NCBI GenBank assembly: GCA_963782055.1
Contig: CAWAIF010000003.1
Coordinates: forward strand, 5,568,001 to 5,632,000
Reading direction: 5' to 3'
Source: an uncultured delta proteobacterium
Lineage (GTDB): Bacteria > Myxococcota_A > Polyangia > Polyangiales > Polyangiaceae
Length of the DNA: 64,000 nucleotides
This document shows positions 27,851-38,882 of the stretch, in pieces. The translations under genes and the position numbers were made by a program. The notes under the pieces were generated by a model that searched no databases, had not been told where the DNA came from, and saw only the letters and a list, made by a program, of their open reading frames with translations. Numbering within the stretch: position 1 is the stretch's first letter; the number at the start of each line of letters is the position of its first letter.

Positions 27851-28762
27851 ATGCGCCTGACGAGAGGGATCTCGGGAGCGGGGCTCGCGTGCGCGGTGGT
27901 CCTCGCGGGCTGCGGCGGCAAGGTGTTCCCGGACGCGGCGGACGCGAGCGGGAGCCCGGACGCCGGAGTCTCCGACGCCGCCGTCGACCATGACGCCACC
28001 GCGACGTGCCCGCCCTTCCAGACGCTCTGCGGGGGCGTGTGCGCCGACCTCGCCATCAACCCGAGCCACTGCGGCTCCTGCGCGATCGCCTGCGGCATGG
28101 CGAAGCTGTGCGTCCAGGGCAAATGCATGGGCGACTGCCCGCCGGGTCAGACCCCATGCGGGGACACCTGCGTCGACACCTCGTCCGACCCGAACGATTG
28201 CGGCCAGTGCGGTCACGCGTGCGGCGGGGGCTTCGCCTGCGTGAACGGCGCCTGCACCCTCGTGTGCGACGCCGACGCCGGTCTGACGGAGTGCAACGGG
28301 CAGTGCGTCGACACGAGCACCGACCCGAAGAACTGCGGGGCGTGCAACAGCCCGTGCATCGGGACGTGCTCCGGCGGCGTGTGCGGCGGCGGCGGCGTCT
28401 TCGTGGCGAAGCTCGGGGCGCAGTCCTTCTACAAGGTGCAGGTCAGCGGCACGATGAGCGACACCAACGTCCTCGACGCGTGCAAGGGCGCCGGCATGAC
28501 CGTCGGCTGCTCCGCGCAATCCTGCCCGCAGTACACCGACAACCTGTGCGTCCAGACGCAGGAGAGCTCCTGCGGCAACCCCATGCTCGACCTCGCGAAG
28601 GCCATCGGGTGCTCCACCCCGGCGACCTGCCCGCAGCTCGCCGGCGTCTACCAGTACATGGGGCAGAAGTGGCAGAGCGGCTCGGCGTGCGGCGCCGACG
28701 GAGGCCAGTGGTGCGCGGTCGGCGACCAGCACTCCGACCGCTGGGCCCTCTGCGTGCAGTGA
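27851..28762 (+). CDS. Cys-rich lipoprotein with Stig1/MXAN_6577-like repeats
   Basis: Lipobox LAGC; three C-x3-C-x-D-x4-P-x2-CGxC-x3-C repeats. Confidence 0.85.
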   Translation: MRLTRGISGAGLACAVVLAGCGGKVFPDAADASGSPDAGVSDAAVDHDATATCPPFQTLCGGVCADLAINPSHCGSCAIACGMAKLCVQGKCMGDCPPGQTPCGDTCVDTSSDPNDCGQCGHACGGGFACVNGACTLVCDADAGLTECNGQCVDTSTDPKNCGACNSPCIGTCSGGVCGGGGVFVAKLGAQSFYKVQVSGTMSDTNVLDACKGAGMTVGCSAQSCPQYTDNLCVQTQESSCGNPMLDLAKAIGCSTPATCPQLAGVYQYMGQKWQSGSACGADGGQWCAVGDQHSDRWALCVQ

Positions 28763-28791
28763 TCCCCGCCGAGGTCGGTGCCGGACGGGAC

Positions 28792-28953
28792 CCCCTCCTC
28801 CCCGTGTGGCGCGCGGAGCGCGACACCTTGGGGAGGACGCGTGCGCGCAGGGCTCGCGCGCAAGCTCTCGTGCGCGCCGGACCCCGTGCATCATGCACAT
28901 GTCGGGCGGCGCGCGCGAGAGCGAGCACGAGCCCGAGCACACGCGAGGAGGGG
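28792..28953 (+). repeat. Dispersed ~160-nt structured repeat, copy B
   Basis: CCCCTCCTC...GAGGAGGGG terminal complementarity; nested stems. Confidence 0.9.
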
Positions 28954-28982
28954 CAGCCCCCCTTCTCCCTCTCCCTCGCTCC

Positions 28983-30341
28983 CTAGTACCGCGGCTCGGT
29001 CGTGATCCCCGTGTGCGTCGGCGCCGGCTTCGGGTGGTACCAGTAGTGGCGCACTCGCTTCACCACGTGCTTCTTCCCCGCGTCCAGCGTGGGCGTGACC
29101 CCGTCGATGTCCAGCACCGTCGTGCTCTGCACGGTGACGGGCGCGGCCGACGGCACCGGCGCGGTCTCCGCAGGCGCCGGGTCCACCGAGGGCTGCGGCG
29201 CCGCCGCCGCTGCCGCCGACGATGAGGCAGGCAGCGCGCCGAGAGGCCGGGAGGGCTCGCTGCGGAAGACGAAGACCATCGCCACGGCGGCGGCCACCAC
29301 CGCGAAGAGCGCGAACCCGAGCCCCACGCGCGACGCCGCCGAGCCGACGCGCGTGTGCGTCGCCGCCGTCACCGCCGTCTCCGTCGGCACCGCGACGTGG
29401 CCGCCGTGGACGATGGGCAGCGCCCGCGGGGCCTCCGTCGCCGGGCCGAGCGCCCGCCACGCGCGCTGCATCTCCAGCGCGTCGGCGAAGCGGTCCCCCG
29501 ACTTGCGCGAGAGGCACCGCGCGAGCAGCGCGTCCAGCCCGGCGGGGATCATCGTCTGCGTGCAGTCGCGCACGCGCATCGCGTGCCCCTCCAGCTTCGC
29601 CGCGAGGATCGCCATCTGACCCTGCGCCTCGTAGGCGACGCGGCCGCAGAGCATCTCGAAGGCGACCATCGCCAGCGCGTAGAGGTCCGCCCGGCCGTCC
29701 ACGTCCGAGGCGCCGCGGATCTGCTCCGGCGCCATGTACGAGACGGTGCCTACCGACTCGCCGGTGATGGTGAGCTTCTCGCCGTCGCTCTGGTCCAGCT
29801 TGCAGACGCCGAAGTCCAGGATCATCGCGCGCTCGGTCTGCGGCGCGGGCGGCGGCGGCGCGGATGGGTCCAGCACGCCGGCGGGGAGGGTGGGCGCCTC
29901 CCCCTGGTCCAGGAAGATGTTGCCCGGCTTCAGGTCGCGGTGCACGACGCCGGCGGCGTGGGCGTCCGCCAGCCCGGAGAGCGCGTCGTCCACGATGCGC
30001 CGCACCTCGTCCCACGGGAGCACCGGCCGCACGCGCAGCCGCTCGGAGAGGGACTGGCCGTGGAGGCGGCGCATCACCAGGAAGAGCTCGCCGTCCTGCG
30101 TGCGGTCGATCTCGTAGACCTCCGGCACGAAGAGGCTCTTGATGCGCCGCGCGGCGACGGCCTCGCGCTCCAGGCGCGCCATCAGCGTGTCGTCCACCAC
30201 GGTGCGGCTGACCACCTTGATGGCCACCTCCGCGCCGTCGTACGTCCGCTTCGCGGCGAACACCTCCCCCATCCCGCCGCGTCCGATGCTGGACACGAGC
30301 AGGTATTTGCCCCGCAGGAGGGCGCCGGGCTGGAGTTGCAC
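28983..30341 (-). CDS. Membrane Ser/Thr protein kinase
   Basis: GRGGMG, VAIK, HRDLKPGN, DFG, GTVSYMAPE, TM helix, Pro/Ala-rich tail; GTG start. Confidence 0.92.
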   Translation of the reverse strand: MQLQPGALLRGKYLLVSSIGRGGMGEVFAAKRTYDGAEVAIKVVSRTVVDDTLMARLEREAVAARRIKSLFVPEVYEIDRTQDGELFLVMRRLHGQSLSERLRVRPVLPWDEVRRIVDDALSGLADAHAAGVVHRDLKPGNIFLDQGEAPTLPAGVLDPSAPPPPAPQTERAMILDFGVCKLDQSDGEKLTITGESVGTVSYMAPEQIRGASDVDGRADLYALAMVAFEMLCGRVAYEAQGQMAILAAKLEGHAMRVRDCTQTMIPAGLDALLARCLSRKSGDRFADALEMQRAWRALGPATEAPRALPIVHGGHVAVPTETAVTAATHTRVGSAASRVGLGFALFAVVAAAVAMVFVFRSEPSRPLGALPASSSAAAAAAPQPSVDPAPAETAPVPSAAPVTVQSTTVLDIDGVTPTLDAGKKHVVKRVRHYWYHPKPAPTHTGITTEPRY

Positions 30342-30376
30342 GCGGGTAATGTAGCAAAAAGTGGGCGCCCCGGGCT

Positions 30377-32044
30377 TCAGCCCGGCGCGCCCGTCTTCCG
30401 GAGCTGCTCCTTGAGGACCTTCCCGGTGGGATTGCGCGGCAGCGCGGGGAGCACGACGTACTCCCGCGGGACCTTCGGCCCGGCGAGGCGCTCGCGGAGA
30501 AACTGCTTGATCTGCTCGGCGTCCAGCGTGGCACCGGGGCGCGGGACCACGAAGGCCTTCACCCTCTCGCCCCACTCCGGGTCGGGCACGCCGATCACCG
30601 CGCCCTCGAAGACGTCGGGGTGCTCCTCCAGCGCCGACTCCACCTCCGCCGGGTACACGTTCACGCCGCCGGTGATGATCATGTCGCGCTTGCGGCCCTC
30701 GATGAAGTAGCGGCCGTCGATATCGCGCCGGGCGAGGTCGCCCACGCTGAAGAAGCCGGAGAGCATGCTGCGCTTCGTCGCGGCGTCGTCGTTGTGGTAG
30801 CCGGCGACGAGCTGCGAGTTCTTGACGTAGAGCTCGCCCACGGCGCCGTCCTTCACCGGCTGCTTCTGGTCGTCCACCAGCATGATCTCGTTGCCGGGCA
30901 GCGGCTTGCCGATGGTGCCTGGCGCGGCGCGCATGTCGGCGGGCTTGGCGAGGGTGACGAGGCCTGTCTCGGTGGAGCCGTAGAAGTTGAAGACGATGTC
31001 CCCGAAGAGGTCCATCGCCTCGCTGGCGAGCTGGCCGGTGAGCGCCGACCCCGCGCAGAAGATGGCGCGGAGCGAGCGCGTGCGCCGGCGCGCGACGGCC
31101 TCGGGCCCGAGCGCCGCCAGGCGGTGCAGCATCGTGGGGACCATCGCTGTCGTGGTGATCGCGTGGCGCTCCACCAGATCCAGGAACACCTCCGGCTTGA
31201 ACTCGTCGGCGATGACCGCCGTCGCGCCGATGGAGTGGGCGAAGGTCATGAAGGCCCACGCCGTCATGTGGTAGAGCGGACACACGACGAGGTGCACGTC
31301 GTCGACGCGCATCGGCGTCTCCGCCACCATCTCCGCCACGGTGACGAGCATCTCCCGCGGGAAGCGTCGGACGGCGCCCTTCGGCTTGCCGGTCGTGCCG
31401 GAGGTGTAGGTCACCACCGCGGCCGCCTCGTCGTCACCGGCGACGGTGCCGCTCTTGCCGCCGGCGAGCACGTCCTCGAAGCGCAGGCACCCGGGCACGT
31501 CGCCGCCGATGCTCACCAGCCGGTCCTTGCCGACGGGCAGGTTCGGCAGCGCCTGCTCGATCTGCGGCCACAGGTCGTGCTCGAAGACGACGAAGCGCGC
31601 GCCGCAGTTGGTCGCGAGGAACTCCAGCTCCTTCGCGGTCGACCGCCAGGACACCGCGACGGCCGCGGCGCCCACGCGCGCGGTGCCGGTGCTCGCCACC
31701 ACGAACTCCGGCCGGTTGCGCGTCATGAGCAGCACGCTCTGCCCGCGCCGAAGGCCGCGCGCGACCAGCCCGCTGCCGAAGCGACCAATCTGCTCGTCGA
31801 GCTGGGCGTAGGTGCGCGTCTCGTCGCGCCACACCAGCGCGGTGCGGTCGGGGTGGGCGCCGGCGTGGATGGAGTAGAGGGTGGACGGGTTCTGGTGGGG
31901 TCGCCCGAGCGCGCGCAGCACCGCGGCGAGGCCGCCCGGGCCGACGTCCCACATCATCCCGGAGGAGCGGGCGAGCCTGGCGATGGCGCGGACGCGGTGC
32001 GGCGCCTCCGTCACCCGCTGGCGGATGTCCTGGAGGGAGACCAC
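30377..32044 (-). CDS. Acyl-CoA synthetase / AMP-binding enzyme
   Basis: YTSGTTGKPKG, FYGSTE, GDLA, GRKRDMIITGGVNVYPAEVE, LPRNPTGK. Confidence 0.93.
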   Translation of the reverse strand: MVSLQDIRQRVTEAPHRVRAIARLARSSGMMWDVGPGGLAAVLRALGRPHQNPSTLYSIHAGAHPDRTALVWRDETRTYAQLDEQIGRFGSGLVARGLRRGQSVLLMTRNRPEFVVASTGTARVGAAAVAVSWRSTAKELEFLATNCGARFVVFEHDLWPQIEQALPNLPVGKDRLVSIGGDVPGCLRFEDVLAGGKSGTVAGDDEAAAVVTYTSGTTGKPKGAVRRFPREMLVTVAEMVAETPMRVDDVHLVVCPLYHMTAWAFMTFAHSIGATAVIADEFKPEVFLDLVERHAITTTAMVPTMLHRLAALGPEAVARRRTRSLRAIFCAGSALTGQLASEAMDLFGDIVFNFYGSTETGLVTLAKPADMRAAPGTIGKPLPGNEIMLVDDQKQPVKDGAVGELYVKNSQLVAGYHNDDAATKRSMLSGFFSVGDLARRDIDGRYFIEGRKRDMIITGGVNVYPAEVESALEEHPDVFEGAVIGVPDPEWGERVKAFVVPRPGATLDAEQIKQFLRERLAGPKVPREYVVLPALPRNPTGKVLKEQLRKTGAPG

Positions 32045-32048
32045 GCGC

Positions 32049-32456
32049 CTAGGCCTTGGGCTCGCGCGCCAGGAGCTTGGTGGAGATGTGCTCGCCCAGC
32101 GCCTCGCTCATCATCTTCTCGACGAAGTCCTCCAGCGCCTCGCGCTCGGAGTCCTGGGCGAAGAGGAAGCGGATGCCCATCCCCGGCTGCGAGCTGGCCT
32201 TGGCGGCGTCCGCCTCGGTCGTGACCCACATCACCTGGCCGCGAAGCCTGAGCTGCTTGTCCTGGGTGGGCAGCGAGAGCACGAAGACGAACTCGGTCCC
32301 CACGTCGAGCGGCTTGGTGGTGCGGATGAAGGTGCCGCCCTTGGAGATGTTCTTCGTGTAGTCGGCGAAGAAGGTGTTGATGCGCTTGTAGTCGACCCGC
32401 AGCGTGATGGCCGCGCGGTCCTCGATTCGCCGCTCGGAGGGCGGGGTCTCCACCAT
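32049..32456 (-). CDS. PilZ-domain protein (myxobacterial TIGR02266 type)
   Basis: ERRIEDR (RxxxR), NISKGG, GMGIRF. Confidence 0.88.
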   Translation of the reverse strand: MVETPPSERRIEDRAAITLRVDYKRINTFFADYTKNISKGGTFIRTTKPLDVGTEFVFVLSLPTQDKQLRLRGQVMWVTTEADAAKASSQPGMGIRFLFAQDSEREALEDFVEKMMSEALGEHISTKLLAREPKA

Positions 32457-32522
32457 GCGCAGGCACGTTAGCACGACCCTGGGCCTGGCGTCCGGCGCCT
32501 GGCGACCCTACCTTGAGAGGCC

Positions 32523-33467
<945 letters not shown>

Positions 33468-33533
33468 GCGCGCGCCGCGACGTCCCGGGCCGGTTGGTCC
33501 CCGTCGCGGCCGCGCGTATGCTCATCGCCACCC

Positions 33534-34316
33534 ATGGAGGCTCCCCCGCGCGCGTGCCGCCCCCGGACCCTTCGCGTCGCGCTCGCGCTCGTCGTCGCCG
33601 GGTGCGGCGCGGGCGGGCAGCAAACCACCGGCGCCTCGACACCGGCCACGGGGACGATCACCATCCCGAGCGCCGCCCCGAGCGCGAGCGCGCCCGCCGC
33701 CTCCGCCACGGCGGTCTCGCTGGCCGAGCCTCCGCCGCGCACCAACCACGGCTCCGGCCCGGACGGATGCTTCACGCGCGAGGAGCTCGCCGCGCGGCAG
33801 GCGCAGGTGAAGTCCGACCGAAGGGCGACCTACGTCGAGGCGCTCCGCCGCGACGGCCTGCGGCCGGTGCACCTCACGGCCCGCAGGCTGCGCAGCGGGA
33901 GCACGGCGATTGAGTTCCGCGGGCCCGTCCCGCCGGCGCACGTCGAGGAGCGCGAGATCGCGCCTCACCGCCGCGTGAAGCTCATCGTCACGCCGCCCAC
34001 CGGGGGCTGCGGGGATTTATCGACGGCCTTCGAGTTCGCCCGCGGGGGCGATCGCGTGTGGCTGGTGCAGCGCCACGTGCACAGCCGGAAGATCGAGGTC
34101 GCGCTGTGCGGGTGTCCGGGCTGCAAGTGCGAGTCTCCCGATGAGCCCGGGTGCGGCGGCGTGGCGATGGCCCTGACGACCATCCTCGGCTACGAGCTGC
34201 CCGACGGGACGCACTTCGCCGGGACGCGCGAGGTGGAGTACGTGGAGGACTTCGTCGACGTCACCAAGGTGATGCAGCCGCAGCCCGCGTGCGTGGCGCC
34301 GCAACCGCGGCCGTGA
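33534..34316 (+). CDS. Hypothetical lipoprotein with Cys cluster
   Basis: Lipobox VAGC, Ser/Ala/Pro linker, CGCPGCKC...CGG. Confidence 0.7.
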   Translation: MEAPPRACRPRTLRVALALVVAGCGAGGQQTTGASTPATGTITIPSAAPSASAPAASATAVSLAEPPPRTNHGSGPDGCFTREELAARQAQVKSDRRATYVEALRRDGLRPVHLTARRLRSGSTAIEFRGPVPPAHVEEREIAPHRRVKLIVTPPTGGCGDLSTAFEFARGGDRVWLVQRHVHSRKIEVALCGCPGCKCESPDEPGCGGVAMALTTILGYELPDGTHFAGTREVEYVEDFVDVTKVMQPQPACVAPQPRP

Positions 34317-34535
34317 GCGCTGCGCGAGCGTCGTGGGGGCGGCGCGCCGCCGGCGGTCTGAGCGACGCAGTCGTCCTCGCACGCCTGCACGCTGGCGCAC
34401 ACGGGCGGCTGGCGAAGCTGGCTGTTGCTGCAGCAGGTCGCGCGCTGCGAGAGGTATGCGCACTGCGGCCACGAGCAGCCGCTCGTCTGCGCGATGCAAT
34501 GGTCGAACTGCGCGGTGAGCGGGTCCGAAGCGTGC

Positions 34536-37367
34536 GTGCGTGATACGCTGACGCGCATCGACGAGCACTTCCGAAGGCGACGCCGTCTCGCGGCCACCAG
34601 CGCGCACGAGCTCTGGGAGGTGGTCGGGGCACGCACGGGGCGGCGCGGCGTCATGAAGGTGGCGCGGGCGGGGGACGTGGCGCGAGAAGCGGAGATGCTG
34701 CGGCGGGCGGCGGGGGACGGCGTGGTCGCGCTGCTCGCGCACCCCGACCCGACCCGGCTGGTCATGGCGCGCGTCGCCGGGCCGACGCTCGCCGAGGTGC
34801 TGGCCCGACGGCGCCTCGGGACGCGACAGGTCCGCGCCCTCGCGCTCCGCCTGGGCGGCGTGCTCGTGCGGGTGCATCGCGCCGGGGTGGTCCATGGGGA
34901 CGTGTCGCCGGACAACGTCATCCTCGTCGGCGGGGACCCGTCGCGCGCGACGCTGGTGGACTTCGACACCGCGCGCGCCGCCGGGACCCCCTTCGGTCCG
35001 CGCGTGACGGCGGCGTTCACCGCGCCGGAGCGCCTCGCCGGGCCCTGCGACGCAGACCCGCGCGCCGACGTCTTCTCCCTGGGGGCGCTGCTCGCTGCGT
35101 GCAGAATACAACGATCGCCCTTCGAGGAGGAGACGCGCGACGCGACCGTGCTGCGCGTGCTGGTCGTCGACCCTCCGCGCCCTCGCGGCGCGGGCACGGC
35201 GGAGGCGCGGGCGCTTCGCGCGATGCTGCAGAAGGACCCGGCGCTGCGACCGGCGGACGCGCGCACCGCCGTCGCCGCGCTGCTCGCGCCGCGGGGAGGT
35301 GCGGCGGCGTCGATGGACCTGCGCCTCGGGGTGGTGCGACCGGAGGACGCCGGCGCCCCCTACGCCGCCCTCGCGCCGGCCCTGCGCGCCGCGCTCGCCC
35401 TGGAGGCGGACGTCCCTTTTGCCGATGCACGCGCCGCCGTCCGCAAGGTGCTCCCGCGGCGCGACGCGCACCTCGCCGACGTGGCCGTGGGCGTGATCGC
35501 GCCGGCGGCGGCGCCCCCCTCCAGCCTGACGCCGCTCCTCCTCGACCCGGCCCTGCGGCGCGCGCACAAGCACCAGGCGGCGCTGGCGGTGACGTCGGCG
35601 CTCATGGCGCGCGGCGCGCCGCTGCGGGTGCGCGGACACCTGGATCCCGCGACGCGCGAGGTCGTCGACGCGCTGGGCGGCGCCGCCAGCGTGGCGCCCT
35701 CCTCCCGAGCGCTGCCGCCCTCGTCGCGCGCGACGCGCGATCCGGTGAGGGCCCGCGCGGTGACGCACGCGCTCGGCGGCGCGTTCGACGCCGAGCTCTT
35801 CGCCGAGGTGATGGGCGTGCCCGGCAGCGAGGCGGCCACGATGCTCGACATGCTCGCGGCGGAGGGGAGCGTCGCGCGCGACGCGCTGGACGCCTACCGG
35901 GAGGCGGGAGAGGCCGGCAGGAGCGCATACGGGATGCTCTCCGAGCCCGAGCGCCGGCGCGTCCACGCGCGCATCGCCGCCGCGCTCTCGGCGGTCGCGC
36001 CGGAGGCGCACGGCCGGCGCGCGACGCACCTCGCGGCCGCCGGATCGTTCCTGCGGGCCGCGCACGAGTACGACCTCGCCGCGCAGTCGGCGCTGGAGGC
36101 CAGTGACCTCGCGGGAGCGGCGCGGTGGCTGGACGCCGCCGAGCGCGTGCTGGCCGCCGCGCCGACCTCGGCCGCGAGCAGGTTGCTGCGCGGCATGGTG
36201 GACCTGCATCGCGCCCAGGGGCAGCGATGGACGGGCGAGAACGCGCAGGCGGGTTCCCGCGCGCGCGCCGCCCTGGCGCGGCTGCCCGCCGGATCGAGCG
36301 CGTGGTGCGAGGCGCTCGGAGAGCGCGCCACCGCCGCGGGCAAGCTGGGCGATCTCGCCGAGGTCCTCGCCGTCGCGGCCGGGCTCCACGTCGCGCCCGT
36401 CTCGGAGCACGCCGCCTTCGCGTGGGATCGGGCGTGCGCCCGCACCGCGGTGCAGCTCTTCTTCCACGGGGAGGTGCCGCGAGCCCGCGCCCTCACGCGA
36501 CTCTTCCTGCGACGCACCGTCCGCGCCGACGGCACCCCGGACGAGCGCCGCCGCGGCCTCTCGCCCGGCGCGCTCGTGACCGAGGCGGTGTTCTCCGGCA
36601 GGCTGGACGAGTACCTCGCCCGGCTGCGCGCCGGCGTCGCGCAGTTCGGCGCGCTGGGCGACGAGCGCTCGGCGTGCATGTACGGCGCTAGCGTGGGCTA
36701 CGCGTGCGCGCAGCTCGGCGACTTCGCCCGGGCGGAGCGCTCCCTGCGCGGCGTGATGGCGCGGGCGGAGGCGGCCGGACTCCCGATGCTCGTCACTCTC
36801 GCCCGGCACAACCTCGGCCTCGCGCTGACGTACCGGCCGGGGGCCATCGAGGAGGCGGTGGCCGTGGAGAGCACGGCCATCGACGCCCTCCGGACCCAGG
36901 GGGATCTGCGCTACCTCGCGGGCAGCCTCGCCTACCGGGCGCGCATGCACGTCGCCCGAGGCGACGCGCGTCTCGCCGAGGCGGACGCGCGGGAGGCGGT
37001 GCAGATCGCCGCGCGCGTCGCCGCGGTCGAGCCCCTGGCGTGGGGCGCGCTGGCGGAGGCGCTGCTGCTCGCGCACGAGCCCGACGAGGCGCTGGCCGCC
37101 GCCGAGGACGCCAGGCGCGCGATGGATTGGGCGGGGCCTGGCGAGTCGCACGAGGCCCTGGTGTGGCTCGCCGCCGCGCGCGCGCTCGAGACGCTGGGAC
37201 GCAGGGAGGAAGCCCGGCGCGAGATCGCGGCGGCGTGCGCCGGCATCCGGGCCCGCGCGCGCCGCATCCGGTCGCCGAGCTGGCGCGCGCGGTTTCTCCG
37301 GTCCGCGCCCGATCACGCCGCCACGTTCGCCCTCGCCCGCGCCCTTCGTGCCGCCGCGCGCCCGTGA
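34536..37367 (+). CDS. Degenerate Ser/Thr kinase - TPR-like protein
   Basis: VMK, HGDVSPDN, DFD (not DFG), FTAPE, ADVFSLG; no Gly-loop and no Walker A; C-terminus resembles the kinases at 2.4-10.1 kb; start uncertain. Confidence 0.75.
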   Translation: MRDTLTRIDEHFRRRRRLAATSAHELWEVVGARTGRRGVMKVARAGDVAREAEMLRRAAGDGVVALLAHPDPTRLVMARVAGPTLAEVLARRRLGTRQVRALALRLGGVLVRVHRAGVVHGDVSPDNVILVGGDPSRATLVDFDTARAAGTPFGPRVTAAFTAPERLAGPCDADPRADVFSLGALLAACRIQRSPFEEETRDATVLRVLVVDPPRPRGAGTAEARALRAMLQKDPALRPADARTAVAALLAPRGGAAASMDLRLGVVRPEDAGAPYAALAPALRAALALEADVPFADARAAVRKVLPRRDAHLADVAVGVIAPAAAPPSSLTPLLLDPALRRAHKHQAALAVTSALMARGAPLRVRGHLDPATREVVDALGGAASVAPSSRALPPSSRATRDPVRARAVTHALGGAFDAELFAEVMGVPGSEAATMLDMLAAEGSVARDALDAYREAGEAGRSAYGMLSEPERRRVHARIAAALSAVAPEAHGRRATHLAAAGSFLRAAHEYDLAAQSALEASDLAGAARWLDAAERVLAAAPTSAASRLLRGMVDLHRAQGQRWTGENAQAGSRARAALARLPAGSSAWCEALGERATAAGKLGDLAEVLAVAAGLHVAPVSEHAAFAWDRACARTAVQLFFHGEVPRARALTRLFLRRTVRADGTPDERRRGLSPGALVTEAVFSGRLDEYLARLRAGVAQFGALGDERSACMYGASVGYACAQLGDFARAERSLRGVMARAEAAGLPMLVTLARHNLGLALTYRPGAIEEAVAVESTAIDALRTQGDLRYLAGSLAYRARMHVARGDARLAEADAREAVQIAARVAAVEPLAWGALAEALLLAHEPDEALAAAEDARRAMDWAGPGESHEALVWLAAARALETLGRREEARREIAAACAGIRARARRIRSPSWRARFLRSAPDHAATFALARALRAAARP

Positions 37368-37381
37368 TACACACGGGGCGC

Positions 37382-38734
37382 GTGACCCGCCAACGTCCTC
37401 GCACGCGACCTCATGGGGAGACGGCGCCGCTGGACGCGCCGGAGCGACGGCTCGCGGTCTACGTCGTGGGCGAGCCCGGGCGGCCGCCGGTGCCCCTCGA
37501 TCGCACGCTGCGCGTCGGCCGGGACGAGGACTGCGACATCGCGCTGAACCACGCCTCGGTCTCCAGGCTGCACGCCACCCTCGAGCCCGCCAACGACGCG
37601 GGCGAGGTGACGGTGGTCGACTGCGGGAGCCGCAACGGGACGTGGGTCGGCGACGCCAAGCTCCCGCCGCGCGGGCGCGGCTACGCCACGCGCACCACCA
37701 TCGTGCGCGTCGGCGACGTGGCGCTCGTGCTGGACGGCGCGCGGGCCGCGGCGCCCGCCACGGAGGAAGGTGCGGGTGCCGCCCTGCTGCAGCCGCTCGG
37801 GGCGATGAAGGAGGTGCTCGACCTCGCCGGGCGACTCGCCGCCGACGACATCACCGTCCTCATCACCGGGGAGACGGGCGTCGGCAAGGAGATCATGGCG
37901 CGCTGGCTCCACGAGCACTCCGCGCGCGCCTCCGGCCCGCTCGTCCCGGTGCACGCCGCGGCGCTCAGCCCGAGCCTCTTCGAGAGCGAGCTCTTCGGTC
38001 ACGAGCGCGGCGCCTTCACCGGGGCGGCCACCGAGCGCGACGGCCTGCTCGCCCAGGCCGACGGCGGCACGCTCTTCTTCGACGAGATCGGCGAGCTGCC
38101 GCTCGACCTGCAGCCGAAGCTGCTGCGCGTGCTGGAGGACCGTCGCGTCGTGCGGGTGGGTGGGCGGACGGCGCGCGTGGTCGACGTGCGCATCGTCGCG
38201 GCGACGAACCGCGATCTGCAGGCGGAGGTCGCCCGGGGCGCCTTCCGCGCCGACCTCTACTTCCGGCTGGGCGCCTTTCCGCTGGTCATCCCGCCGCTGC
38301 GCGAGCGCGTCGCGGAGGTCCCCGCGCTGGCGCGCGCGCTGCTCGCCGCCGCGTGCGCGCGCCGCGGCCGCGCGCCGGCGTCGCTCACCGAGGCGGCGCT
38401 GGCGCGGCTCGCGGAGCACCCCTGGCCGGGGAACGTGCGCGAGCTGTCCAGCGCCCTCTCCCGCGCGCTCTTGATGGCGCCGCCGGGCGCGATCGCGCTC
38501 GACGCCCTCGACGTGACGCGCGCGCTCGGCGCGACGACCTCGCCCGCGCACGGGACCGCGCCGGCGACGGCCGCGGAGCCCGACGACGAGCGCGCGCGCA
38601 TCGAGCAAGCCCTGGCCCGCCACGCGGGCAACCAGAGCGCGGCGGCGGCGGAGCTGCGCATCGCCCGGCGCACCCTCCTCTACAAGCTCGACCGCCTCGG
38701 CATCCCGCGCCCGCGCAAGACGAAGAAGCGCTGA
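37382..38734 (+). CDS. FHA-domain sigma54-dependent enhancer-binding protein (Fis-type HTH)
   Basis: FHA (GR, SVSRLHA, SRNGT), [44 protein letters not shown]...RRTLLYKL. Confidence 0.95.
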   Translation: MTRQRPRTRPHGETAPLDAPERRLAVYVVGEPGRPPVPLDRTLRVGRDEDCDIALNHASVSRLHATLEPANDAGEVTVVDCGSRNGTWVGDAKLPPRGRGYATRTTIVRVGDVALVLDGARAAAPATEEGAGAALLQPLGAMKEVLDLAGRLAADDITVLITGETGVGKEIMARWLHEHSARASGPLVPVHAAALSPSLFESELFGHERGAFTGAATERDGLLAQADGGTLFFDEIGELPLDLQPKLLRVLEDRRVVRVGGRTARVVDVRIVAATNRDLQAEVARGAFRADLYFRLGAFPLVIPPLRERVAEVPALARALLAAACARRGRAPASLTEAALARLAEHPWPGNVRELSSALSRALLMAPPGAIALDALDVTRALGATTSPAHGTAPATAAEPDDERARIEQALARHAGNQSAAAAELRIARRTLLYKLDRLGIPRPRKTKKR

Positions 38735-38746
38735 CACCGCGGCGGG

Positions 38747-38843
38747 TTGCACACGAGGCGCTGCGCTCGAAGTGCAATCGCGTGCGCTCGGCCACGCCGG
38801 AGGCCTGATTTCCGCGGCGCTCACGCGTGGCCCCGCGCTTGCT
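38747..38843 (+). promoter_or_regulatory. sigma54 (-24/-12) promoter with upstream inverted repeat
   Basis: TGGCCC-CGCGC-TTGCT at 38828..38843 (GG-N10-GC); TTGCAC-N19-GTGCAA at 38747..38777. Confidence 0.7.
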
Positions 38844-38882
38844 CTGTCTGGGGCATCCCCCCACAGGAAAGGGTCTTAAGTC

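Noticed and set aside
27851..28762. RiPP precursor or multiheme cytochrome
   Set aside because: It has a lipobox and CGxCxxxC repeats but no CxxCH motif, and no modifying enzymes are nearby.
27608..28953. Composite transposon (inverted repeat copies flanking the Cys-rich gene, likewise around atoE)
   Set aside because: No transposase or target-site duplication seen. The copies are diverged and the two pairs have opposite relative orientation, so independent insertions are more likely.
28792..28953. tRNA, SRP RNA or riboswitch identity for the structured repeat
   Set aside because: No tRNA arm motifs or SRP helix-8 signature recognised; it is multi-copy and often antisense to or downstream of genes. 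An Rfam search is still needed.
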